A DNA stretch of 63,647 nt, filler included, from Klebsormidium nitens (taxonomy: Eukaryota > Plantae > Klebsormidiophyceae), in NCBI GenBank assembly GCA_000708835.1. It is 10 parts of 10 records of this genome, joined end to end, with 100 filler letters (N's around TTAATTAATTAA, not from the genome) between each part and the next. Parts side by side here need not be neighbours in the genome. Positions count along the whole stretch, not along the records: positions 1 to 11,960 come from DF238109.1; positions 12,061 to 20,704 come from DF238230.1; 8 more parts are not named here. One strand, 5' to 3'. The notes under the pieces are model-generated. The model was not told the DNA's origin, did no database searches, and was given only the letters and a program-made list of their open reading frames with translations. Shown piece by piece: positions 1 to 12,108 of this stretch (its first letter is position 1; each line of letters opens with the position of its first letter). The position numbers were made by a program, and so were the translations under genes.

Positions 1-2880
1 CACAAAAAAAAAAAAAACCAAAGATCCTTCACACATATACCCCAGAATCGACTCGACAGCAAAAAGGCGCTCGATTTGAACCTGCCGGCCCCTCAGGTAC
101 TTCCTGCTGGCCCTATCATGGCTACCTCTGACGTGTAATTTGCTGCTGTGCTGCTCTAATCTTACCAGCTACCTCAGTTCAGGATGCGAGGCTAATGTTC
201 TCAAATGGCAGGAAGTGCAGCCCGACCTTAAGAGATGTGAGCTCTCTGCCGTGATTGGAAAGGAGGAGACCTCTGGCTTGCCAAGTCCCCCCACCAATCA
301 GTGTCCCTGCAGATCAAACCAAAGCTCACAATCTAAAGGAAGGTGTCCCTCTGCAAAGACCTCAAACTGCTTGAGAACCAAGGCACACTTAATCTGCATC
401 AGACTGGTAAAGCTTCACATTGGTAAGAAGAGTTTTACGCAAGCACAACAAAGACAGCTACAAGAGAGAGTCAAGAGGGCCTGGAAACCCCCTTGGCCAC
501 CTCCATTACTGGTCCAATCTCCCTCTCTGACCTATGCTTTACCCAACTGTAGATCAAATCACACAATCCTGAGGTCTCCAAGGAAGCTCACCCAAGCGGC
601 CACCGAAGCTCCTGAAGGCAATCCAGGCACCCCGAGATTCCTAAGGTTAGTCTTTATGTTTTGTTAGAAGTAATGAAAGGCTGCACTCTAGAGAATCCAG
701 ATTTCACTCAATTAGGTGCTTGGATTAACCAGGACCCCCAATGTCAGATTCATGGACTAGCCACAATGCAGGAAGGAGACAGGAAAGACAACCCCACTGG
801 TCTGCACAAATGTAATGATTCTGAATTTAGGATCAGTCCAGGGAATCTGTCCAAGATGATGAGTCCCAAAAACATGCTGCCAGACCCGAGGCTGAAGCTG
901 CTTTATGATACAGCACAACAAATAAGGAAGGTCAGACTTTTCTGTAGGCGAGAGTGCTCACAACTTGGACATCAGGGCAGACCTAAGACCAAGAAGAGTG
1001 GTGCTACTAGAAGTCAAAACCCAGGAAACCCTGCAGTGCAACACACGTCCCCAAAAGTCCTGAAGAATGCTGCAATGACAACAAGTCAAGTAATACTGAC
1101 CGCATTTGCTTTCCCGGAATGTCAGACCAAGTATGCAGACATACCTGGCCGGCTTAATCTAATCATGCAAATGCCAGCAACTCTCTCACCAATACTGCTT
1201 TCGCGGGAGTGTTTCTCGACCACCCAGAAACAACCCAACAGCTGGAAGATAAAAAGTGCGGCACACTCTCTGCTCTGGAAATGCCAACACCCAGGATGGA
1301 TTAACCAGATTACAACAGAAACGCTGATGGCTGTGAAACTTTCCCCGTCCTTGCTGTTTGCCCAACCTCTGCTTGACAGGCAGGAAGGTCAAGCAATTTT
1401 TGCCCCAAGCCTCTACAGCCTGAATGTCTCTCTTCTTGCAGAATGCAGACATGACCGCCATGCCTCTCTAGTGCAGGAAAGAATTGCAAGAAAGGACCGG
1501 AAGGACCCCACCGCTACCACTGCCTTGGCTGAGAACCCCTCTTTCTCAAAGGTGCGTGCCCAAAACCAGGTTCTCCAAATAAAGATGTTCCACCTCTACA
1601 TCCAGAAGGATTCCACTGCCGTCCATGGATGTAAAAGTGAATATGCAAAGTCTGGACTTGAACGTTATCTGGTGGTATGGGCTTGGACTGAAATTAGAGA
1701 ACAGCCGACAGAGAGACTCCCCCTCGATGCTGTGCCTGCTCCCCCTCCTCAGGTTAGATCAGCAGATATGACAATTTTTGTGAATACGGACAGTATCATA
1801 ATGGACTGCTCTATTAGCCCAATTGAGCAATTGAGCAATGTCAACGCTAGAGGCCCCCACCAGGCTTACCCCCGGGACAGCAAAAGACCCAACTGTTCCT
1901 TTAGTAATATGTCAGGTGTCGGGCAACACAAATTGCACGATCCACTGGAACACCTGCAGATAAAATGTAAGTACAGATTGGCCCGGCCAAAAGGCAATCA
2001 AAACTTCAGCTGGTTCCTCACACACAGGGAAGGAGGGAATGGTGCTCGCCATAACACAGAGCTCACAAAGAAAGTCACAGTTATCCGGTGTCTGGGTTCT
2101 GGCACTGGCAGCCCCCTAAGCCACAGTCTCATCATGTGCCTCATCTCGGCCCTTACTCACAGGGAAGCCGTCACCACGGATGAAAAGCCTCCTCAACTTG
2201 AAACGCCGTCAAGACGCTGCCCCCTCCAAGAAAGCTCTCTCTTTCGACGAGACAGCAAACATGTCAGGGTAAGCCGTGACTTCCGGGGCCTCATTGCTGC
2301 AGTTAAACAGACACCCCCTTCCTCTTTGCGCGATGCTCAAATTTTGACGCTCAACCTAGTTCCCATCAGAAAAATTAGGACAACGGACAACAGTGATGGG
2401 CCCGTCACCTTGAGGTTTTCAGAACGGACCACTCTCTGTCTGTCAACTAAAGACGAACCAGATGCTAGGGTGGCCAAATGCGACAACAGGGGCCTTGCTA
2501 CTAGAGTGAAGCAGTTTCTGAGTACCTCTTACTGCGATACTCTTAGCCTGAAGCTAAACGTAGTCCCTCCTAGCGTAATTTGGTCAACGGCCAACAAGTC
2601 TAACGGGTCTGCCACCTTAAGGATAACAGCATGGACCAAGTTCTTTTCGTTAACGAATGGCCAAGCAGAATCTCGGGCGGCCGGATGCGACTACAGGGTT
2701 TCCGAAATGTCTCCTAAAGGTCCGCCTTCCCTCTCTGCGTTTACTGGTTCAAAGACCGACCACCCTGGCGGTACTTTGCCACTCAGGCTCCCTCCTCCTT
2801 GTTGCAGGGTCACAAACCTTATTACTGGGGGCTTAGCTGGCCTTTCCCCGTTCAAGGGGAAAAAGGAGCTCCCCTCTGCC

Positions 2881-5800
2881 ATGGAGACCGACCAGAAGGG
2901 CCCCACACTTGCGGAACTCTTCCAGGACGCCAAGGACGAGTCCGAGCTGCCCTCGGGAGGCCCCCCCTACAAGAATCCGGATCCCCTCCCCTGCGCAGTC
3001 GACGAGCTCATAGAGGCATCCGACCGCCTGCGCGAGATGGCAAAGAAGCTGGCCCCCACGATCGCCATCGAGGCCATGATGGACGCACTCGGCTCCGCCT
3101 ACGGGGGCTGTGTACTGGACGCCAGCCTGAAGAGCACAATCCGGGTAAGAGTCAGCTTAAAACCGCTTGCTCGAAGCCACAGTAAATTCCTACCTGATAA
3201 GCAAACCTGTAAATTTGAAAGAGTGGTTTCCGGTAGAAACCCTTCCGGTTGTGAGGCAAACCGGCGTAAGCCCTTCCCAGATAAGGAAACTGGAAAGTCC
3301 CTTTTAATTGGGTTTACTGGAAGGGAGCCGCCTTATTGTGAGGCAGAAAAAGTAAGATCCGTAAGGAACGTAACTGACAATTCTGATTGGAAACGAGAAC
3401 AGTCTGCAAAACTGGAAGATCTTATAGAAAAGGTAACAAAGACCAGACACCTAAATGCTAGCGCCTCCTCTCTCCTCTGTACATGTAAAGGGGGGGAGCT
3501 ACCATTAGACAAGTCTAAGAAAATTGGAAACACACACAAGGGCAATGGTAATGCGCGCAGCTGCAATGACTCGGGTCACTTGAGAAGTCTCCAAGGGTCC
3601 GGCGAGGGATGCCCTCAGCTAGTTCCCATTTCCGCCCGACCTTCAACCAGACAGCCACAACGGAAACTGAGAAACCAATATAACTTGCATGGTCTCCTTC
3701 TTGTCTCTCTGCAGATTGGACACATCTACAGCGTCGCGGACATCCCGGGCACAAAGGAGAAGGTGATGGTGGTGGACATCTTCGCCTGCAACCCCAAGCT
3801 CGCGGGCAAGAAGGCCGCAAAAGTCATGAGCAACATTGGCGTCATCAGGGTGGCCGTTGAGGACGCGCTTGCCGAGATCGACCCCGAGGACCAACCCCTA
3901 TGCGCGGCCCTACTGGCATCAAACATCGACCAGACCATCAACAAGGACAGCCCGGTGAAGGCGTGGGAGACGCGGTTCCATGCGGAGGCCCCGACCCAAG
4001 CCCTAGCGGCCCCCCCGCCCCTCAGCAGCAGCCGGACCCCCTCCCCAGACTTCATCATCGACCTGGTGGGGCTAGAGGAGACGATGATCCTGAGCTACAC
4101 CTACATGCAGGACGTCACAGCGGAGGATTTCCAGCGCATGACCACTCCGCCGCTGGAGGAGGTCAAGGGGTTCGTGAGCGCTGAGGACCTACCAGCCTCA
4201 GAGGGCCAGTCCGTGGGCAACATTCGCCTCGTCTGGGAGGACTACACGGTGAGATTGCTGTTCAACAATAGTCTTTGGACAGTCCAGAATTTTAGAGAAA
4301 GGCGCTCCACAGGAGAAGCCCGTACTTATGCCGCTACCAACATCTGCTACATGATTGCAAACCGTCGTCTTGCGTCTGTCCTACGAGTTGTTAGGTTTGT
4401 AAATCTTGAAAGACAAAGAGTGATTTGCAGAGGAAAGGTTGCAGACGGACAGAGTTTGATAGAAAGAAGTCTCCCAAAACACCAACAGGAGACACCAGCG
4501 ACAATCCGCCTCGTTGTACTAACCTCCGTTCTGCTAACCTCCAAGAGCGACATTAGCAGAACGCGCCTTTGGGAAAGCCGGACACAATCCATCCAGCAGA
4601 ATCGACAACTAACAGAGGAAAATCAATTCACTGTTTCCTCCCCACAGGCCCAAATTACAGGCGCCGCCGTCATCAAGAAGGAGTACAGCGTCCGCCCAGC
4701 TCAGCACAAGTTCGAGGAGGACGTGTTTTTGGTACAAGACAACCATGACGATCAACGGAGGGACCCTCACCGAGGCGAACGTCACCGCCCTGCAGCAGCT
4801 GATCCGCGAGCGCACCAAGGACCGCGGGGCGCAGCTGATCCTGCTCACCGACCGGAGGGGCCCTCCCAAGCTGCAGCTCACAATCTCGGAAGCAGACACG
4901 TACTTCAAGATCGATCAGGAGAAGATCAGCGCGGTAAGAATCGCCATGGCAATTAGCACTAGAAACCTGCAAAGGGATGCCCACCTACCTAGCAAAGAAC
5001 CAATACAGACCTTAAATACCCTCAGTCGAATCCCTTGTCTTTGCCTCTATGCTAGCTCACCCGATCAATTAGTTGGCCTGAAGAAACAGAGACAAGTCAA
5101 GTACACCTTAACGAAACAAGCCCGGAACCGCCTTTCGAATGAAGCCAGCAGCACCGACGCACACTCATCTCTCTCCTACAGAGAAAGACGTGCTGACGGC
5201 CAGTCCATGATCGTTTATACTCAAACTCCTACATCAAGGAAAAACAGCACCTTCATGATCACAACACCCCCCTCTTCACAGGTACTCGACGACGGCAAGA
5301 CCTGGGTCCTCAAACCGCCGCGCGCAGAGCTGGGCCCCATCTTCAACGACCCCATGGCGCTCATCATCGAGAGCAAAGTCTTCCCGGGCCACATCAAATC
5401 GGCGGATGTCCTCCGGGCCCTGCTACAGGCAGGCGCACCCCCCGAGACCACGGTCGACTACGTTTCTGTGGGCCGCGGCCGGCGTTTCTTCTTGGTGCAG
5501 ATTTTCAAGCCTCAGCTCTCGGCCAAGTTCTGGGTTGGCGGCCTGGAGATGGGCTACGGCAAGGTTGTACCGGTGGAGCTGGCCTACCTGTGGAAAAGCG
5601 ACGTGCTCCGAAGCCTGATCCCAAACCTCTCACAGGAGAAGGCCTACGATGCAGTGGTGAAGCAGAACCCCCGCCTGCTCAGCAGCATCATGGCTGCGAA
5701 GGACGCGCTCAGGGCAGCCGCCAAGGGTGCCCAAGGCGCGGTAAGTCCCCCTTCACTGCTCCTCATGCAAGAGAAAAACGGTCCCCCCCCAGCACCAAGT

Positions 5801-6456
5801 CGCCCGCCCTCAAGACAACCGGGCGTGCACTCGTTTTGCAATGATGGTCATGACGCAACACTCAGGGTGATCTCCCAGGCAGGATACTGCTTCAAAATAG
5901 TTTGCTCTTCTTATCCCCAAGAAGCCTCAGCCAGCAGGTCAAGTGCTGCTGGATATGTGATTGTCGCTCATGCTACTGCAAGATTCCCGGGAAATAATCA
6001 CAGCTCACACGGGTATCGATCTGTCCAATGCGCAGGAGGGGCCAGCCGAGAAGAAGCCGAGGCACATGAAGGCGTACCAATCCCTCACATTCAAGTAGAG
6101 ACGGTGAGACAGGTAGGCACACTAATGTCGGAGACAGGAAGTAGAGAACCAAGGTTGCTATTGCTAGGGAGCAGAGAGCCAAGGTTGTTGTCGCTAGGGA
6201 GCGTCCTCCAGTCAAATATGGATGCCTTGCAACCAACTGCATTGCCAGGGTCGTTCTCGGCCCGCCCAAGAGACACATTACTCCTCCCTCCTCTAGCTAG
6301 CAGCCCCAGAGAGCTCGAGACAAACCACCAAACACCCACATCAGCTTCACCGCAGAGGAATGCTTTTACCCACATCCGTCCACTAACAGCATGGCAGATT
6401 CCCGCCAGAAGCAGAAGCACTATTACTGACCCCCCCTTTCTCTGCTCCAGGCTTAA
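2881..6456 (+). CDS. Predicted spliced ORF1 protein of the LINE (~515 aa). Exons 2881-3144, 3715-4248, 4648-4933 (one extra T), 5282-5740, 6451-6456
   Basis: ATG in GCCATGG context. Donors CGG|GTAAGA 3145, ACG|GTGAGA 4249, GCG|GTAAGA 4934, GCG|GTAAGT 5741. Acceptors TCTCTCTGCAG 3714, TTTCCTCCCCACAG 4647, CCTCTTCACAG 5281, CTGAC..TTTCTCTGCTCCAG 6450. Exons are GC-rich with C/G-ending codons while introns are A/C-rich. The last acceptor is uncertain (alternative at 5921). Confidence 0.72.
6137..6202 (+). repeat. In-frame ~30-nt tandem duplication (GSREPRLLLL/GSREPRLLSL/GS)
   Basis: ggaagtagagaaccaaggttgctattgcta followed by gggagcagagagccaaggttgttgtcgcta. Confidence 0.8.
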
Positions 6457-7423
6457 CCGGGACGGACCGCAACTGGGTCGAACCCCAACGGCAGGAACCA
6501 GAAAGGCAGCGTTGTGGAAACAGAAGCTAGATTCAAAGCAGAAAATAGTGTCAGAGAACTCCGCTGCAACTCAAATGATTTGGGATGCCCTGTGCATGAG
6601 TGTGCACATCATCTTGCTATTTTCACCCATCACCGGTTGCCTACATCTCAAACTAACGAACAAAAAACATATGCTATCACTAAAACAAATTGTTGCACTG
6701 CACATCGGCATGTCTAAATGGAAAGTACGACGACCCCTTAGAGCCTCATACAACAAATATATAGCAATGACCTGCAATCGTAATCGAATCCGGCATCTCA
6801 TGCTCCTTGCCATGCTCTGCGCCGTGTATATGCTGCATGTCGACCCTCATAAGGCGTGTCATCCGAGCCTCTTCACGTCATTACTAGCCAATAGAAGAGG
6901 ACTAAAACGAGATCGCCGCAAAGTGAAACTGAACAGCCAGGAACGACTCATAATAAAAGGCATTGAGCAGTCATTGCAGACATCAATAGATCATGCAACG
7001 GCGACATACATGCACCTGAAAAACTACTTCCTCCTCACAGACCACGACGAGTGGACGACATACATGTGGGCTTGCAGATTAGGCCCGATGAGCATACTTC
7101 TCCTATACCAACGAATAACCCACATGAGCATCGGCATACGCATCCTACTATCCCTAAACTTGGTACTAATACTGGATCCAATACAACGAGTCGCAAATGA
7201 CTACACATGCACCGTGCTCGATAGACTGTACACTAAAGTCCCCCTTATCAGAACAACCATATTAGGCTTGGACACTATAATTACACTAAGCGTCTTCAAA
7301 TCCATCTTGACGCTTAAACGAACTACCGACCGACTGTTCGGCTGTCAAAGCCCCTGCGACACACAGACCCAAAGCGCGGGACACCTCACCAACCAAATAC
7401 TATCGTGCGCATCCGACTTCGTA

Positions 7424-7495
7424 AACTTCATATCAGCATACCTTCTCGCCATTCTGCTGCTCAAAGGTGGAGACATTCACCCAAATCCCGGACCA
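7424..7495 (+). other. 2A-like (StopGo) ribosome-skipping peptide ...AYLLAILLLKGGDIHPNPG|P
   Basis: GDIHPNPGP is encoded at 7469-7495, after a hydrophobic helix and ~28 codons before the APE domain. It matches the D(V/I)xxNPGP form found upstream of APE in several LINE clades. Confidence 0.75.
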
Positions 7496-7579
7496 GTGCT
7501 AACGCCACAAGAAAATCACACAGCGTCAAAACCCGTCGGCGCACATGAAACCAACAATATAGAAAGAAACGACAACTTG

Positions 7580-8410
7580 CGGATCTTAAACTGCAACTGC
7601 CGGGGCATAGACAACAAGATCCAGTACTTACCAGAGTTTCTAAAACAACACAACATACACGTTGCCATCATAACTGAAACCCAACGGTCAGTCGGAAAAC
7701 ACAAAAATCAAACGACGCAACGACTACAAGGCTACACATTTCACTTCAGCTCTTATGTAGATCCAACCTTCAGTGCACATCTCCTTCCTCGTCACGCCAG
7801 GGAATGGGGCGTCTGCATTGCCATAAAGGACGGCCTCCCTTTCGAACCCCTCCAACTTCATATTCCAGAGTTCCAATCCCGAGTGCTGCAGGGCACCCTC
7901 CGCATTCCAACAAGCGGGGATAAATTATTGTCTATAGAGATACTAGGAGTATATGCGCCTGCAAAAGAACAAGACAAGGAAGTTTTCTGGAAAACGCTGA
8001 CTGACCACGTACGAGGCACTGCAAAACGAGCTGAAAAGTCTGCAGATCACCACATGATACTCGGCGGAGACTGGAATAGCTACCTACACCCTACAACCGA
8101 TATCTTTCGGCGGGAAGCTGACACCAACTCCCCCACCCCCACTAACACGGACACAGATCCCACGAAAGGCCGCCACCTGCGCAAATTAGTAAACGACCTT
8201 CGCTCAAGCGGCACCTTCATCTTCGATCCAATAGCTAAAGAGGGGCTACAAGCAGACGAAGACTATACCTTTCTTTCCAGCAACCACCGTTTTCAATCCA
8301 TCCTTGACAAGATTTTCACAACGTTCCCCACTGAACATTGCGAAAAAACACAGATCCTAGACTGGCACTCATACACTAGAATTGGACTATCAGACCATCG
8401 AGCAGTAATC
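7580..8410 (+). CDS. Apurinic/apyrimidinic endonuclease (APE/EEP) domain of the LINE polyprotein
   Basis: Motifs NCNCRG, TETQ, VYAP, GDWN, LDKIF, SDH in canonical order. Confidence 0.92.
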
Positions 8411-9399
8411 AATGAAATCAGCTTGAGTTCACTGTGCGAAGGTTGGATTGAGTACCCAACTGAGCCGTTCAAACTCCCACCTAGAATAGACTTATCAAAT
8501 CTTTCCGAAAAGACAATTGAAAATCTACAAGAAGCAGTTGAAGAATGGAAAAAGAACCTACCGGAACAAATTGCTGACATTCTCCTTCCCAATCCCAAGC
8601 AGCCTGCCCAAGATAATACTGCATCTGTGGACAAAGAAACCATGTTAGCCTTGCACAAACACCTGATCAACCTCTTTGTTGACATTCCAGCCAGACTCAC
8701 TCAGCAAACCCATAAAAAATCTCGAAAGAAATACAAATCAAAAGAAGCAGGCTTTGCGCAACACGTACTGACCTGGCTCAAGAGATATAAAGTGACTCTA
8801 AGCGCACTAAACGACTGCAAGACTTTGAACATAAAGAGTCTAGGAAAGAACCAAAGACAGAGAACTCGACAGACATACGAGGACTTTCAAGACGAACCCC
8901 GCCTGCAGTCGGCTCTCCCCGAGATCACCGAACTCTTGCCTCAAGATCTCGAAAAATGGACCACACAGGAATGGCTACGGCACTGGAATACGGTTGGAGA
9001 CCTGCACCGGAAGTGGAAAAGACAATTTGACCAAGACCTTCACGAATCAAATAAAAAAGCAAGAAAGAAGCGCACCGACGAAGTCTTCAGTGCTCCAGTA
9101 AACTCAAAAACGAGAAGAGCCTATCACCTGGCACACAAAAACGTCTTTACTTCCCTTCCAAGTGTCATGAAACACCCCTCACAATCAGATACACTAATTA
9201 CTGGCCATGCTGTAAATGAATATTGGGGAAGCTCAGCAACTGCAACTAGACCAAACACGATGCCACACGTACCAACAGAGAAAGGCACACCGCCTTGGCT
9301 CGCCCCCCAGCTATGGTCAGAAACTAGAGAGAAAATCTCGGTCATGGAAGAATCTCTACTGGCCCCGTTGTCCATTGAAGAAGTGCGCTCCTTCCTCCA

Positions 9400-10400
9400 G
9401 CATACTGGCCGTTCAGCCCCTGGCGATGACCGAATTCAATATGACGTACTAAAATACATGTGTGTTGGAAAGACGCTAAAGGAGAGCCAACTAGACGACG
9501 TCCTTCTGCGCTTTTCAAATACCCTACTAAATCAAAGACAAATGCCTGATACCATGAAAACAGCAATGCTCACCTTCATTTTCAAAGCAGGCGACCCCCT
9601 GCAATACGGCAACTATAGAGGCATAAGTCTTCTCAGCTGCTCGTTCAAGATACTCACTGGCACACTGAATGGAAGACTTCAACACATCCTCCATGAGAAG
9701 GCGGGCCCGGACACAAATCAAGGCGCAAATCGCAAAGGAGTACACGCAGCGCACAAAGCAGCAGTAGTTTTTGATATAATTGCAGACGCTCAACAGCACC
9801 AGAAACCCCTTCACATGATCTTCACAGATATCAAAGGAGCTTTCCCAAGCGTTCCATACCAAGCTTTTGACGACGCTCTGTCCACCAGAGGCCTAAACCA
9901 TGGGTTTTTGGACCTCGTAAAGGACACCCAAAATAACTTCACCTGCGTGGCAAAAGGCCCAACAGGCTTGTCGACCCCGAAAGCAAAAGAAAACGGCGTC
10001 CATGAGGGAGACTGTCTTAGCCCAACCCTATTCTGCCTCGTACTCAACATGTTCTTTCACTGGTGCCGTGCAGAGGGCCTCGGTTACGAGATGACAAGCC
10101 ACCCATTGTCACCAGCAAGACTCTCGATTAAGATTCCGGTTAACGGTTACGCAGATGACATGGCTCTCATTGGCAATTCACGGGAGGAAGCTGTCAAACT
10201 ACTAGAAATGCTACAGCGCTTTTTGCTCTACTACGGGATGGAACTCAACGCAGGAAAATGCGCATACCAGTACTTAGTCCAAGAACCAAAAGACGAACCT
10301 GAATCTATATCATGCACATGGGGCACAATTCCTACCTACCATGGCAAGAAATCCTACAAATACTTGGGCTACCACATTAACACTCACCTGAATTTAGACC
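9400..10400 (+). CDS. Non-LTR reverse transcriptase domain
   Basis: SAPGDDRI, NYRGISLL, NQG, DIKGAFPSV, EGDCLSP, GYADD, KCAY, YKYLG. Confidence 0.95.
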
Positions 10401-11389
10401 ATCAGCATGAAGCTATGCTGATCAAACTCAATGACGCGTGCATCGAGTACTACAACCGGCAAACAAACGCCATGTCTCTGCAAGAGGCAATCAATTATGT
10501 GAACTCTGACATCGTTTCCAAACTGAGATATCGCATGTACCTGATCGATTTCCCCAACAGCTACCTGGAAAAGTTTGAAGTGGCCATAGTCCGGACGGTG
10601 AAGAACCTGGCGAGACTTGCAAAATCAACTCCTAACGACCTGCTGATCGATCAAGGACTGTGCAACGTGTTCAACTTGCAAGCCGCAGTCCGAGCCGAGT
10701 TCACACAAAACGCCCTTCTCGCAGTGGATATGCCCTGCCAAACAACAACGCGCATCACATACACAAACCTCCGACACGGCGGCGAGCTAAGAGGCACCGA
10801 ACCCTTCTCCAAAGAGGGATGCCAAATGCCATGGTCGGATAAGAAAGCCCCTCCCATCTTCCAAGGAGTTCGAAAACACCTAAACAAAGTAAAAATGTCC
10901 TTTATAGTTGGCTTCGATACACAAATCAACACTCACAGTCGCCATGTTCAAGACACGCTCATACCGCTCGCACACCGATACAAAACAACGCTGTGGTTGC
11001 ACTGGGGAGTCACAGACATTACACTCTCTAGGCTACTCCAAAGCCTTAAGCGAGCCAACATCTTCTCCCTAGACGAAATCTCCCCTCTCTTTGAATCCCC
11101 ACTCTCAGAACTGAAAAATGGTACTGCAAGAGAGACATGGGAATTACAGAAGGGCCGAGAAGTTCACTCCCCAGAAACAATCATCCGGAACAGCTGCCCT
11201 CCGAAACTTCTCGACGTACTGCACAAAGACCTGAAAGCACTAGGCATGGCTCGAACACATGCTCGCCTGCTAAGAATCTTGGTCAGACTGCTAATCGAAC
11301 ACCTACTTGAACCCTTTGCACCATCTGCCCCAAGTGCACACAATGAGAGCAATTCCCATTGGGGGCTCTTTCAGAAGCACTCTCTACCA

Positions 11390-11850
11390 GTCACTGTTGC
11401 CTACCCCGACGGCAGTGTGTCAAAAGACAAATCTAGAGCAGGCTTTGGCCTATACCTTCCGGAACTGGAGGACCACAATACAGCCGTCCTCAAATCTAGA
11501 ATCCCAGGCAACCAAACAATTGAACGAGCAGAAGCCTTTGGGGTACTGGCAGCACTTCTCCTAGCAAGGCAAGACAAAAACCTATCGATACACTGCGACA
11601 GGGAACCTCTGGTGAAGAGCATCAACAAATTCAAGAACAGAAGTCCCCTCCCGCATGAAATCAGGAAACTCAAGGACTCCTCACTTATCCTTAGAATCAC
11701 TCAAGAAATCCGCTCCAGATCAGGGGCAACGACAATTACCCATGTAAAGGCACACCAACAAAAAAAGCAAAGAAAAGCGGCCACAGACACAGAACGACAC
11801 CAATCCTGCAACCAAGTTGCAGATCAGGCGGCAAAAGCGAGCCTGCAAAA
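11390..11850 (+). CDS. RNase H (RNase H1-like) domain
   Basis: AYPDGS, PGNQTIERAE, IHCD, THVKAH, NQVADQAAK: the D-E-D-H-D catalytic set. Confidence 0.9.
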
Positions 11851-11960
11851 TCAAACCCCCTTCATCCCAGACGAAACAACACACCTCCCTGCCGTAACAA
11901 TACTCACGGCCAACAGTTGGTTATCTGAAGGACCGAAACACATTTTCGAAAACAGTCCCC

Positions 11961-12060
11961 NNNNNNNNNNNNNNNNNNNNNNNNNNNNNNNNNNNNNNNN
12001 NNNNTTAATTAATTAANNNNNNNNNNNNNNNNNNNNNNNNNNNNNNNNNNNNNNNNNNNN
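11961..12060. other. Artificial contig spacer (N44-TTAATTAATTAA-N44). Also at 20705-20804, 27027-27126, 32092-32191, 34637-34736, 46255-46354, 54978-55077, 58756-58855, 60923-61022
   Basis: Nine identical 100-nt blocks containing a six-frame stop linker. Confidence 0.99.
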
Positions 12061-12108
12061 GCAGTGCGTCGTTAAGATGTAACCACCGCCGCTTCGCTAA
12101 CCCGCAGG

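Larger units (their letters stand above)
1..11960 (+). mobile_element. Very large non-LTR retrotransposon (LINE) with APE, RT and RNase H; 3' end truncated by the contig end; possibly Dualen/RandI-like
   Basis: ORF 4745-11960 carries APE motifs (RILNCNCRGI, IITETQ, GVYAP, GGDWNS, SILDKIF, SDHRAV), non-LTR RT motifs (NYRGISLL, DIKGAFPSV, GVHEGDCLSPTLF, YADD, YKYLG) and RNase H motifs. Upstream ORFs 140-667 and 661-4956 are contiguous with it. The clade call rests only on size and domain order; the diagnostic Dualen RLE would lie beyond the contig end. Confidence 0.93.

Noticed and set aside
4720-4750. Programmed ribosomal frameshift between ORF 661-4956 and ORF 4745-11960
   Set aside because: The shift falls in a T5 run inside a predicted ORF1 exon, and a single-base deletion gives clean sequence. 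An indel or sequencing error is simpler; no slippery heptamer with a downstream structure was seen.
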